49,678 bases of DNA from Patescibacteria group bacterium UBA5272. GTDB lineage: Bacteria; Patescibacteriota; Minisyncoccia; Phycocordibacterales; UBA5272. The stretch spans positions 1-49,678 of the forward strand of contig DHTA01000001.1 of the NCBI GenBank assembly GCA_002408565.1. The letters run 5' to 3'. The notes beneath the pieces were generated by a model. That model made no database searches, was not told where the DNA came from, and saw nothing but the letters and a program-made list of their open reading frames with translations. Position numbers and translations under genes: made by a program. Of the stretch, positions 35,220 through 44,027 are shown piece after piece (position 1 is the stretch's first letter; every line of letters starts with the position of its first letter).

Positions 35220-36566
35220 ATGGACTACAAACAAATCTGGGATATGGCCTTATCAAGAATAGAGTTAGAATTGTCTCGGGTTAATTTTAATACTTGGTTT
35301 AGAAATACTCAAATTATTAACTATAAAGATGGTGTTGTGATTATTGGAGTTCCAAATGACTTTGTAAAAGAATGGCTTATTCAAAAACATCAAAAATTTA
35401 TTTTAAGAATTTTAAGAGAGATACATGAAGATGTTAGGGGGGTAGATTTTCACACAGTTAAACTTGAAACTTTACAAAAAAAGGCAGTGCAAGCTAAAAA
35501 TAAAATCATGGAACCTACCAGTTCTCTCCCACTTCAAGATTTATATATAAATAAAGACGATGGTTTAAACCAGAAATATACCTTTAATAATTTTGTGGTG
35601 GGAAGCTTTAATGAGCTAGCTCATGCAGCTTCTCAAGCTATTATTAAAAGTCCAGGAATAGTTTATAATCCCTTATTTATTTATGGAAATACTGGTTTAG
35701 GAAAAACTCATCTTATACAAGCTATCGGCAACACCATTAAAAACACTTATTCTGACAAAAAAGTTTTTTACACTTCTTTAGAAAAATACTATTTAGAGTT
35801 TGTTTCTGCTATTAATAGTCAAAAAATTAATAATTTTAAGGAAAAATATAAAAAATACGATGTTTTTATAATGGATGATATTCAATTCATAAATGGAAAA
35901 GAAAAAACTCAAGATGAACTCTTTCACCTTTTTAACAGTCTCCATAATGACAATAAACAAATAATTTTTTCTTCAGATAAACACCCTAATTTTATAGTAG
36001 GCTTGGAAGATAGATTAAAATCTCGTTTCAATCAAGGTATGATTGTAGATATTGGAGTCCCTGATTACGAATCCAGAATCAATATTTTAAGATCAAAAAT
36101 TAAAAATAGAGAAAAAGTAGAAGAAGGGGTAATTGAATACGTGGCGGAAAATATTAATGGAAATATTCGAGAACTAGAAGGTGTTATTAATTTCATTCAA
36201 GCTCAAATTGAACTTTTTGATCAAAAAGTTACCTTACAAAGTATTAAAAATCTTATTAAAAATAATGTTCGCTCTAAAAAATCCGTCTCTATTTCTGAAG
36301 TAGTTAAAATTGTGTCTGAATATTATAATATTCACCCTTCTTTTATTTACAACAAAACTCGTAGAAAAGACATAGTTAAACCAAGACAGATAATTATGTA
36401 TATTTTAAGAGAATACTTTGATGTTTCTTATCCAACCATAGGGGAAAAGTTGGGAGGAAAAGATCATACAACAGTAATTCACTCTTACGAGAAAATTAAA
36501 AAAGAGAGAAAGGAAGATCCTTATTTGAATAAAGAAATAGAAGAGCTTTATAATATTTTAAAATAA
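35220..36566 (+). CDS. dnaA: Chromosomal replication initiator DnaA
   Basis: Walker A is GNTGLGKTHL and Walker B is VFIMDDIQF. The sensor region is RLKSRFNQGMIVDI. The C-terminal DNA-binding helix is GGKDHTTVIHSYEKI. I prefer the ATG at 35220 (MDYKQIWDMAL...) over the TTG at 35154. Confidence 0.95.
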   Translation: MDYKQIWDMALSRIELELSRVNFNTWFRNTQIINYKDGVVIIGVPNDFVKEWLIQKHQKFILRILREIHEDVRGVDFHTVKLETLQKKAVQAKNKIMEPTSSLPLQDLYINKDDGLNQKYTFNNFVVGSFNELAHAASQAIIKSPGIVYNPLFIYGNTGLGKTHLIQAIGNTIKNTYSDKKVFYTSLEKYYLEFVSAINSQKINNFKEKYKKYDVFIMDDIQFINGKEKTQDELFHLFNSLHNDNKQIIFSSDKHPNFIVGLEDRLKSRFNQGMIVDIGVPDYESRINILRSKIKNREKVEEGVIEYVAENINGNIRELEGVINFIQAQIELFDQKVTLQSIKNLIKNNVRSKKSVSISEVVKIVSEYYNIHPSFIYNKTRRKDIVKPRQIIMYILREYFDVSYPTIGEKLGGKDHTTVIHSYEKIKKERKEDPYLNKEIEELYNILK

Positions 36567-36905
36567 GATTTAATGTTTATAACTTGTGAATTATATTCTG
36601 GATTACTCTTTTGATTACAAGAATATCTGTGCATAACTTTCGTATAACTTTCTTAAGTTTCTATTATTTGAAAACATTTTTAAATAATTGTAAATCTTAA
36701 TTCAATTTTTCTTTTTCTGAATCACACCTTTTCTTTTTTAAAGACACCTTAATAGCCTTATTCAACAACACCTTTTTGAGTTTTTAACTTTATCAACAGA
36801 CATATCTATTAATAAGTATTATTAAAATAATAATAATTTAAAACCTGTATAACTTTTTAAGTTTTGATATTTTAAAATATTCTATATAATAGATATTATA
36901 AAACT
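36567..36905. other. Candidate oriC in the dnaA-dnaN spacer
   Basis: This 339-nt AT-rich spacer holds DnaA-box-like elements: TGTTTATAACTT 36574-36585, TGTGCATAACTT 36628-36639, TTCGTATAACTT 36639-36650 and CCTGTATAACTT 36844-36855. ACACCTT occurs three times (36724-36730, 36744-36750, 36768-36774). Confidence 0.6.
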
Positions 36906-38027
36906 ATGAAATTCGAGATCAATTCTATTAAGTTGTTTAAAATTATTAATCAAGTAGGAAAAGCTAGAAATAAAAATACTTTAAATTCTTATTTAAATAA
37001 TATTTATATTAAAAGTGAAAATAATAGTCTCACTATGAGAGCTACCAATCTCGAATTGACTTGCGAAAAAACAATTTCCATGAAAGGAATTGTTAATGGA
37101 GAATGTTTGATAAATGGAGACGTTTTAACCAAGATTTCAAATTATTTTTCTAATATAGACACAAACATAACTTGTGAAGTGATAGATGATGTTTTCAATA
37201 TTTTATATTTAAAAAATAAAGTTCAGTTAAAAACTACGAAATTAGAAGACTTTCCTAAGATGCCAAATTCTGGAAATTATTTAACTAATATAAATTTAAA
37301 AACTTATATTGATCTTATAAAATCAGTATCTTTTTGTGCTTCAACTTCAGAGATTAAGCCAGAAATTTCTTCAGTTTATTTATATTCCAAGAATGAGCAA
37401 TTATTTTCTGTTGCCACAGATTCATTTCGTTTAGCTGAGAAGAAAATAGTTTTTAATAATAATACAGAAGATATTAATATTTTAATTTCGCAAAAAAATA
37501 TCAATGAAAAAATTTCCATTCTTGAAAATTTAAAAGAAGAGGAAGGAGAGGAAAGTGAAGTTGAAATTTATAGTAGTGAAAACATTTTAACTATTCAGAA
37601 TAGTAATACAACCCTCTCTATAAGATCTATAAATGGAAATTTCCCAGATTATAGACAACTTTTTCCAAAAGAATGGACTACAAAAATCAAAGTAAATAAA
37701 AACGAGCTTAAAAACACCCTTAATTTATCAACAATTTTTGTAAATAACTACTCTTATATAGATTTAGACGTTGATATTGAAGAAAAAACAATAAAAATAA
37801 AATCTAAAAATGATAAAATTGGAGCTTTAGATAAAGATATTTTTTCAGAAGATATTAAAGGAGAAAATGTCTCGGCTAGTTATAATAGTAATTACTTTTT
37901 AGATGGAATATCTCATATTTTAAGTGAAAATGTAGAACTTCTTTTTACTCAAAATAATAGACCAATGTTTATTAAGGATGCAAAAGATGAAAGTTTTACT
38001 TATCTTTTAATGCCTCTTAATAAATAG
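36906..38027 (+). CDS. dnaN: DNA polymerase III beta sliding clamp
   Basis: The N-terminus contains LTMRATNLE, the middle region contains ATDSFRLAE, and the FPDYRQLFP motif is present. The gene lies directly after dnaA. Confidence 0.92.
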   Translation: MKFEINSIKLFKIINQVGKARNKNTLNSYLNNIYIKSENNSLTMRATNLELTCEKTISMKGIVNGECLINGDVLTKISNYFSNIDTNITCEVIDDVFNILYLKNKVQLKTTKLEDFPKMPNSGNYLTNINLKTYIDLIKSVSFCASTSEIKPEISSVYLYSKNEQLFSVATDSFRLAEKKIVFNNNTEDINILISQKNINEKISILENLKEEEGEESEVEIYSSENILTIQNSNTTLSIRSINGNFPDYRQLFPKEWTTKIKVNKNELKNTLNLSTIFVNNYSYIDLDVDIEEKTIKIKSKNDKIGALDKDIFSEDIKGENVSASYNSNYFLDGISHILSENVELLFTQNNRPMFIKDAKDESFTYLLMPLNK

Positions 38028-38039
38028 TAGTTAATAATT

Positions 38040-38303
38040 ATGATTAATAATATTCATAGTTTGTTTTCTAAGTATAAAGAAAGTATAATTTCAAAAAAAA
38101 ATATTGAAGATCAGGTTATTTTTATAATAAAAGAAAAAACTAATTTAAAATTAGAATCTAAAAATTTAAAAATAAACACAAAAAACAAAACTGTAAAAAT
38201 AGTAAATTTAAAATCAAGTTTAAGGTTTGCTTTACAAAATAAACTTGTTGAAGATAAAATTTCTACTATTATTAAAGATCGTACCGGTTTTATTTTAAAT
38301 TAG
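38040..38303 (+). CDS. Small hypothetical protein, possibly DUF721/DciA-like
   Basis: 87-aa ORF directly after dnaN. The pattern KNKTVKIVNLKSSLRFALQNKLVEDKISTIIKDRTG loosely resembles DUF721. I recognised this only by eye. Confidence 0.5.
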   Translation: MINNIHSLFSKYKESIISKKNIEDQVIFIIKEKTNLKLESKNLKINTKNKTVKIVNLKSSLRFALQNKLVEDKISTIIKDRTGFILN

Positions 38304-40549
38304 TTAAAAGAATTGAGAACTGGGTTTGGTGGAACAATAATATGATTATCTGGATTAATGATAAGGGGTGTGGTAACACTATTTGTCTCTACTGAGGAAG
38401 AGGAAGCATTTGTGCTAGTACCGTTCATTGTGTTGGTGAAAGGACAAAAAGTGCTTTGCATCCATAAATCAGAAGGTATTTTCCAGAGGTTGTATTGAGA
38501 ATCGTTTTCATCTAAAATAGAAAAACTATAATTTATACCATCTACTGTATAACAATAAAGTCCATTTACTGGAGGTCTGGTGTTTTTAATTATTAAATCA
38601 GAAGGCTGATAGCCATCTTTAAAGGAGGAGGCGGTTTCGTCTTTAATAGCATAGCTCATAAATTCATTCCACATAGGAACAGCCACCATGCCAGACATGC
38701 CTTTATTAATTCTACTGTTGTCATTATTCCCCGCCCAAACACCTACAACCACAGAAGGGGAATAACCAATAGTCCAAGTATCTCTGTATTCATTGGTGGT
38801 ACCTGTTTTGGCTGCTACAGCTTTTCCGGGAAAATAAAGACCAGAACTATAGCCGTATAAAGGTGCTCGTGCATTGTTGTCAGAAAGAATGCTGTTTATG
38901 TAGCCAGCCACAAAACTAGGAATGACACTAGCATTATTTTGTTTATATTCTTCTAAAACATTTCCTTCTATATCAGTAATAGATAAAATAAATGCTGGAG
39001 GATTATATATTCCACCATTAGCAATAACTCCATAAGCATTGGTTAATTGAAGTAGAGAAGTTTCTCCAGAACCTAACACTAAAGATAAACCATAATTACC
39101 ATTTATATCTAAAGTTGTAATACCTAATTTTTGAGCAGTAGAAATAGCGTTTTTAACACCTACTAAATATAGTGTTTTAACAGCTGGAATATTTAAAGAT
39201 TGAGCTAACGCCTCCCTGATTGTGACAGGCCCCCTAAAATCCCCATCGTAATTACTTGGAAAATAACAGCTGTCTGCGCTATAGCCTGGTAAGGGAGTGC
39301 CATCATAATAACAAGTAGTACTAAATTGAGTTGGAACGTCAAAAAGAACTGTTTCAGGAGTGTAACCTTCCATAAAAGCTGTAGCATATACAATAGGCTT
39401 AAAGGCTGAACCTGGTTGTCGAGGAGCTGTAGCCACATTAAAGTTTCCAGGTATAGCTTCAACCTCAAAATAATCTCTAGAACCCACCATGGTTAAAATT
39501 TGCCCAGTTCTAGGGTCTATAGCTACCAAGGCAGCATTTGTAGCTTGATATTTTTCAGCGTTTTCTAGGGCATATTTATTAACTATATTTTCTCCTTCGG
39601 ATTGTAAATCATAATCTAGGGTGGTTATAACTTTTAATCCTCCTTTATCTACTACATCTTTTCCGTATTTTTGTTCAAGATAATCTCTTACGTAAAAAAC
39701 AAAATGCATAGCTTTTCCATTTTCACTGTTTTTTTGCCAAACAACCTTTTCTGCTTTCGCTTCTGTATACTGTTCAGGACTAATTTTTTCTTGATCAAGC
39801 ATTAGTTTTAAAATTAAGTTTTTTCTTTCTTCTAATTCATCTACATGAGTTCCATAAGGAGAATAATACGATGGAGCGTTAGGTAGGGCAGCTAAATAAG
39901 CAGCTTCTGCTAAAGTGAGATCCGCAGCATCTTTGTTGAAAAAAAATTTAGAAGCAGTTTGAATACCATAAATAGTTCCACCAAAAGCGGCATCATTTAA
40001 ATAAATAGTTAAGATGTCTTCTTTGGAGACCTGAGAATCTAATTTAATAGCCATAGCCCATTCGGTGATTTTACGAATAATGCTCTTCTCTCTAGTTAAA
40101 AGGGCATTTTTAATAACTTGTTGATCAATAGTTGAGCCTCCTTGAACAAAAGATCCAGCTTTTAGATTTGCTATCATAGCTCTAACGATAGAAGTTGGGC
40201 GAATACCTCTGTGTTCATAAAAGTATCTGTCTTCAATAGCTATTGTGGCATCTTTGGAAAATTGAGAAATTTCGTTAGAAGAAACTTGTGTTCTTTTTAC
40301 TTCGCCATGCACATCGTAAAGTAAAATTTTTCCAGTTCTGTCATAAATTTGGGTAGAGTTATCAATTTTTCTGTTAGCAAAATTAGAAAAGTCTGGAATA
40401 TTTACAGTGGAAATGTAAATAGCTATAGCTGTTACAAAAATTAAAAATAAAGAAGCTAATACAAAAAATATGGTTCGTAGCCATTTACGGATCATTTTTT
40501 TTCTCCGTCTAGAATTTGGATCTTGTTTTGTTTTTTTATTTTTTTTCAT
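38300..40549 (-). CDS. Class A penicillin-binding protein (GT51 transglycosylase + transpeptidase)
   Basis: GT51 motifs are EDRYFYEHRGIRP and GGSTIDQQVIKN. Transpeptidase motifs are SAFKP (SxxK) and KTGTT. I prefer the start at 40549 (MKKNKKTKQ + TM). Confidence 0.93.
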   Translation of the reverse strand: MKKNKKTKQDPNSRRRKKMIRKWLRTIFFVLASLFLIFVTAIAIYISTVNIPDFSNFANRKIDNSTQIYDRTGKILLYDVHGEVKRTQVSSNEISQFSKDATIAIEDRYFYEHRGIRPTSIVRAMIANLKAGSFVQGGSTIDQQVIKNALLTREKSIIRKITEWAMAIKLDSQVSKEDILTIYLNDAAFGGTIYGIQTASKFFFNKDAADLTLAEAAYLAALPNAPSYYSPYGTHVDELEERKNLILKLMLDQEKISPEQYTEAKAEKVVWQKNSENGKAMHFVFYVRDYLEQKYGKDVVDKGGLKVITTLDYDLQSEGENIVNKYALENAEKYQATNAALVAIDPRTGQILTMVGSRDYFEVEAIPGNFNVATAPRQPGSAFKPIVYATAFMEGYTPETVLFDVPTQFSTTCYYDGTPLPGYSADSCYFPSNYDGDFRGPVTIREALAQSLNIPAVKTLYLVGVKNAISTAQKLGITTLDINGNYGLSLVLGSGETSLLQLTNAYGVIANGGIYNPPAFILSITDIEGNVLEEYKQNNASVIPSFVAGYINSILSDNNARAPLYGYSSGLYFPGKAVAAKTGTTNEYRDTWTIGYSPSVVVGVWAGNNDNSRINKGMSGMVAVPMWNEFMSYAIKDETASSFKDGYQPSDLIIKNTRPPVNGLYCYTVDGINYSFSILDENDSQYNLWKIPSDLWMQSTFCPFTNTMNGTSTNASSSSVETNSVTTPLIINPDNHIIVPPNPVLNSFN

Positions 40550-40664
40550 ACTTATATTAGCTTGTGGTAAATAAATTAAGTAATTACATTTTATCACAGA
40601 GATAAAAAATAACCGTTTTTTAAAAAGGTCCTTTATGCTATACTTTATAAATAATTGTAATTTT

Positions 40665-41900
40665 ATGGCTATAAAAAAGACAAAAGTTATTGTGGATGAA
40701 GAGAAAATTAACGATATCTTAACTCGGGGTGTAGAGGATATTATTGATAAGGAAGAATTGAAAAAAGACTTAATGAGTGGAGTGGAGTTAAGAATAAAGC
40801 TTGGTATAGACCCAACTGGTCCAAAACTTCACTTGGGAAGAGCTATTCCTTTAAGAAAATTAAGAGAGTTTCAGAGACTAGGTCATCAGATTGTTTTGAT
40901 TGTGGGCGATTTTACTGCTCAAATTGGAGATGCTTCAGATAAAAACGAAAAAAGACCAATGCTTACTAGACAACAAATCGATGAAAATCTTAAAGACTAT
41001 AAAAGTCAAATTGGTAAGATTTTAGATCTTTCTAAAACTGAGTTTGTTTATAATAATGATTGGCTTTCCAAACTTACTTTTTCTGAGCTTATAAAATTAT
41101 CCGAATGCTTTTCTGTGCAACAAATGCTAGCTAGAAGAAATTTTAAAGAAAGGTTTGAAGAAGGGAAAGAGATTTCTTTGCGTGAATTTTTATACCCAAT
41201 GATGCAAGGATATGATTCTGTTGAAATAAAAGCTGATGTGGAAATTGGAGGTTTTGATCAACTTTTTAATTTGAAGGCAGGGAGAATCATTCAAGATTAT
41301 TACGGTATGAAAAAACAACACCTTCTTACTTGCGAAATGCTTGAAGGTACCAATGGAGCAAAAATGAGTACCTCACAGGGAAATATTATTTCCATTGTTG
41401 ATGAACCAGATGATATGTTTGGAAAAATAATGGCCATGAAAGATGGTTTGATAGTTAAATATATGAAGCTCTGCACTGATGCAAAAGAAGAAGAATTGGA
41501 AGAAGCTGAGAATTTTTTAGCTGATAAAAATAATAATCCAAGAGATTTGAAGCTAAAATTAGCTAAAGCTATAGTAGGTATATATCACAACGAAAAAGTA
41601 GCCACCAAAGCAGAAAATAATTTTATAGAGACTTTTCAAAAAGGTGGTATACCAGACAATATTTCTCAAATTTTTGTGAAGGAAGAAGAGAAAGATTTAG
41701 ACATGGGAGATCTTATAGTAAAAAATGGTTTTGTAAAATCCAAATCTGAATGGAAAAGATTAATCGAAACTAATTCTGTAAAAGAGATTCTTGAAGAAGG
41801 GGAGAACATAAAAGAAAAAACCTTAACCGACTATAAGGTTAAAGTTTTTCCAGCGAGTCTAAAAATTGGAAAAAAGAAATTTGTACAAATTATTTTATAA
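40665..41900 (+). CDS. tyrS: Tyrosyl-tRNA synthetase
   Basis: HIGH region is PTGPKLHLGRAIPL. The KMSKS-type motif is KMSTSQGN. GGFDQLFNL is present. I prefer the start at 40665 (MAIKKTK). Confidence 0.93.
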   Translation: MAIKKTKVIVDEEKINDILTRGVEDIIDKEELKKDLMSGVELRIKLGIDPTGPKLHLGRAIPLRKLREFQRLGHQIVLIVGDFTAQIGDASDKNEKRPMLTRQQIDENLKDYKSQIGKILDLSKTEFVYNNDWLSKLTFSELIKLSECFSVQQMLARRNFKERFEEGKEISLREFLYPMMQGYDSVEIKADVEIGGFDQLFNLKAGRIIQDYYGMKKQHLLTCEMLEGTNGAKMSTSQGNIISIVDEPDDMFGKIMAMKDGLIVKYMKLCTDAKEEELEEAENFLADKNNNPRDLKLKLAKAIVGIYHNEKVATKAENNFIETFQKGGIPDNISQIFVKEEEKDLDMGDLIVKNGFVKSKSEWKRLIETNSVKEILEEGENIKEKTLTDYKVKVFPASLKIGKKKFVQIIL

Positions 41901-42170
41901 TTTCCAGAAAGCGTTATCTTCTTCGTCTTCATAAAGACCGTCTCCATCTTCATTTACGTCCACTCCTTCTTCTTCTGGATCTAATTCTTTTTCATCGTCT
42001 TCTAAATCCTCTTCATCTTCAGTATCTTCTTCATCTATGGCATCCTCTAAAGAATCTGGATTAAAACCCTTTTCATCTTGTTCATTTTCATCAATTTCTT
42101 CCATCTCATCATCATCTCTTTTGTCAAAAGAATCATTTTTTGAAATATGTTTTTTTGGCATAATTGGCAT
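41895..42170 (-). CDS. Small, extremely acidic hypothetical protein
   Basis: 91-aa ORF downstream of ruvC. About half of the residues are D or E by eye (DEEDTEDEEDLEDDEKELDPEEEG). The antisense ORF 42037..42249 is its Ser-rich mirror image. Confidence 0.5.
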   Translation of the reverse strand: MPIMPKKHISKNDSFDKRDDDEMEEIDENEQDEKGFNPDSLEDAIDEEDTEDEEDLEDDEKELDPEEEGVDVNEDGDGLYEDEEDNAFWKL

Positions 42171-42253
42171 AATTTTTATTTATTTTTTTATGATGTGTAT
42201 TATAAGAAATTATGATTTTTTTTCAAGAGATTTTTTAAGAAAGCTGTGAATAA

Positions 42254-42736
42254 CTATTTCACACTTATCCCGTGTGTATAGGCTACAGCTATAGCGTCAT
42301 ATTCATCATCTAATTTTTTAGCTTTATTTACTTTGATTTTTAGAATTTTCTGCAACATAAAGTAAACTTGGTTTTTATCAGCTTTTCCATAACCAGTCAT
42401 GGCAATTTTTATTTGTAAGGGAGTATATTCAAAAATTTTTAAGTTTAAAACTTGAGCTAAAAAAATAATGGCCCCTCTCGCCTCAGAGACTCCCATAACA
42501 GTTTTTTGGTTGTTAGTAAAAAAAAGTTTTTCTATAGCCAATTCGCTTGGTTTGTATTTTCCTATAATTTTTTTCAATTCTTTTCCAAAAATAAAAATTC
42601 TCTCACTAATTTCTTTTTTTCTGTCAGATTCTAAACAGTCTGAATAAATTACCTCATATTCAGTGTTTGACTTTTTTTCTAAAATAGCAAGACCTAATCT
42701 GTCATAACCCGGATCAATTCCTAGGATTCTTTTCAT
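42254..42736 (-). CDS. ruvC: Holliday junction resolvase RuvC
   Basis: [16 protein letters not shown] (catalytic Asp) and the C-terminal [13 protein letters not shown]. It overlaps ruvB by 4 nt. Confidence 0.9.
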   Translation of the reverse strand: MKRILGIDPGYDRLGLAILEKKSNTEYEVIYSDCLESDRKKEISERIFIFGKELKKIIGKYKPSELAIEKLFFTNNQKTVMGVSEARGAIIFLAQVLNLKIFEYTPLQIKIAMTGYGKADKNQVYFMLQKILKIKVNKAKKLDDEYDAIAVAYTHGISVK

Positions 42737-43773
42737 AAATTATCTTCTAGCTTCTTAATATGTTCTTTGGCTTTTTCCGTAGCCACTCTTCCTCTAGTTG
42801 TCCTTTCAATAAACCCAATCTGTAAAAGATAAGGTTCTACTACGTCTTCAAGAGTACTCTCTTCTTCACCTATGGAAGCGGAAAGAGTATTTAATCCAAC
42901 AGGCTTGTCTGGAAAAATATTTACTAAAGTGTTTAAAAGCATTCTTTCGGCCACACCGAGACCCATATTATCTATTTCTAATAAAGCAAGAGTGTTGTTT
43001 ACTACCTCAATATCTATAATAGCTTTATTGACCTGAGCATAATCTCGACACCTCTTTAAAAGATAATTGGCCGTTCTTGGGGTAAAACGAGATCTTTTAG
43101 CAATCTCTAAAGCTGCTTCGTCAGTGATTTGAATATTTAAAATTTTGGCAGAATTTTTTACAATTTGAGTAATTTCGTTTTCATTATAATATTGCAATCT
43201 GTGCACTCCTCCAGAAAATCTAGAACGAAGAGGGGAAGAGAGTAAGGAAACTCGGGTAGTTGCCCCAATTAAAGTAAACTTTGGCAGATCTAGTTGAATA
43301 GTTCTAGCACTTGGCCCTTTTCCTATAATAATATCCAATTTACCAGACTCCATAGCTGGATAAAGCACTTCTTCTATTAATTTATTTAGTCTGTGAATTT
43401 CGTCTATAAAAAGTACATCTCCATCTGAAAGATTAGTTAAAATTGCTGCCAAATCTCCAACTTTCATAATGGCTGGACCAGAAGTGATTCGTATATTTGT
43501 ATTTAATTCTTTAGCTACTAAATTAGCTAAAGTTGTTTTTCCAAGTCCAGGAGGGCCGTAAAATAAAATATGTTCCGGAGCCGACCGTCTTTCTTTGGCG
43601 GCTCGAATTAAGATTTCTAAATTGTCTTTAATAGTTTTTTGTCCAATATAATCTTTCCAAAGTGAAGGACGTAAAGCTTGATCGAGATAGTCTTTTTCCT
43701 CTTCAACAAGCTCTTCCAACTCTTCTTTTAAGTCATTTTCAATATTTTTTTCGTTAAATTCTTTTTCTTCCAT
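42733..43773 (-). CDS. ruvB: Holliday junction branch migration ATPase RuvB
   Basis: [12 protein letters not shown], the Walker [12 protein letters not shown], the Walker [10 protein letters not shown], and FTLIGATTR. Confidence 0.95.
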   Translation of the reverse strand: MEEKEFNEKNIENDLKEELEELVEEEKDYLDQALRPSLWKDYIGQKTIKDNLEILIRAAKERRSAPEHILFYGPPGLGKTTLANLVAKELNTNIRITSGPAIMKVGDLAAILTNLSDGDVLFIDEIHRLNKLIEEVLYPAMESGKLDIIIGKGPSARTIQLDLPKFTLIGATTRVSLLSSPLRSRFSGGVHRLQYYNENEITQIVKNSAKILNIQITDEAALEIAKRSRFTPRTANYLLKRCRDYAQVNKAIIDIEVVNNTLALLEIDNMGLGVAERMLLNTLVNIFPDKPVGLNTLSASIGEEESTLEDVVEPYLLQIGFIERTTRGRVATEKAKEHIKKLEDNL

Positions 43774-43807
43774 AGTTGTAGTTATTTTACCATATAAAAG
43801 ACGCCTC

Positions 43808-43837
43808 TTGACAAAAGCCTTGATTATATGATATCAT
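43808..43837 (+). promoter_or_regulatory. Near-consensus sigma70 promoter with an extended -10, pointing into the structured element
   Basis: TTGACA (43808-43813), an 18-nt spacer, then TGaTATCAT (43829-43837). The 11-mer TATGATATCAT is identical to the one in the rpsO promoter (10771-10781). Confidence 0.5.
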
Positions 43838-43877
43838 TGTAAATGGATGATAAGGAATTTGTCATTCTTTGTTTTTT

Positions 43878-44027
43878 AAAAACCGCATAGATCTCTAAAC
43901 AATTGAGACTTCGTCTCATACTTTTATAGGTGAAGGACGGCTTTGGTTAGATTTATTCTAAACTGAACCTATCCTTACACGAAAGTTTTCTTCACCAAGA
44001 GGTTGTTTAGAGATCTGTGTGGTTTTT
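43878..44027 (+). ncRNA. Candidate structured RNA, family unknown, with a 6S-like overall architecture
   Basis: A 25-bp closing helix joins 43878-43902 and 44003-44027. Its two non-Watson-Crick pairs are G:U only on the plus strand. Internal hairpin TGAGAC-TTC-GTCTCA lies at 43904-43918. A second helix pairs GGTGAAGGA 43929-43937 with 43988-43996 and encloses a further hairpin. The element ends in T5. Confidence 0.45.

Noticed and set aside
40598-40664. T-box riboswitch upstream of tyrS
   Set aside because: Only about 67 nt are available between the PBP start and tyrS, far too short for a T-box leader. No T-box sequence is seen.
42037-42249. 70-aa Ser-rich ORF on the plus strand
   Set aside because: It is the antisense frame of the D/E-rich ORF (GAA/GAT repeats read as TTC/ATC). 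It has no start context and runs into the ruvC stop region.
42254-43773. Absence of ruvA from the ruvB-ruvC operon treated as a finding
   Set aside because: ruvA may simply be encoded elsewhere, and this cannot be judged from one window.
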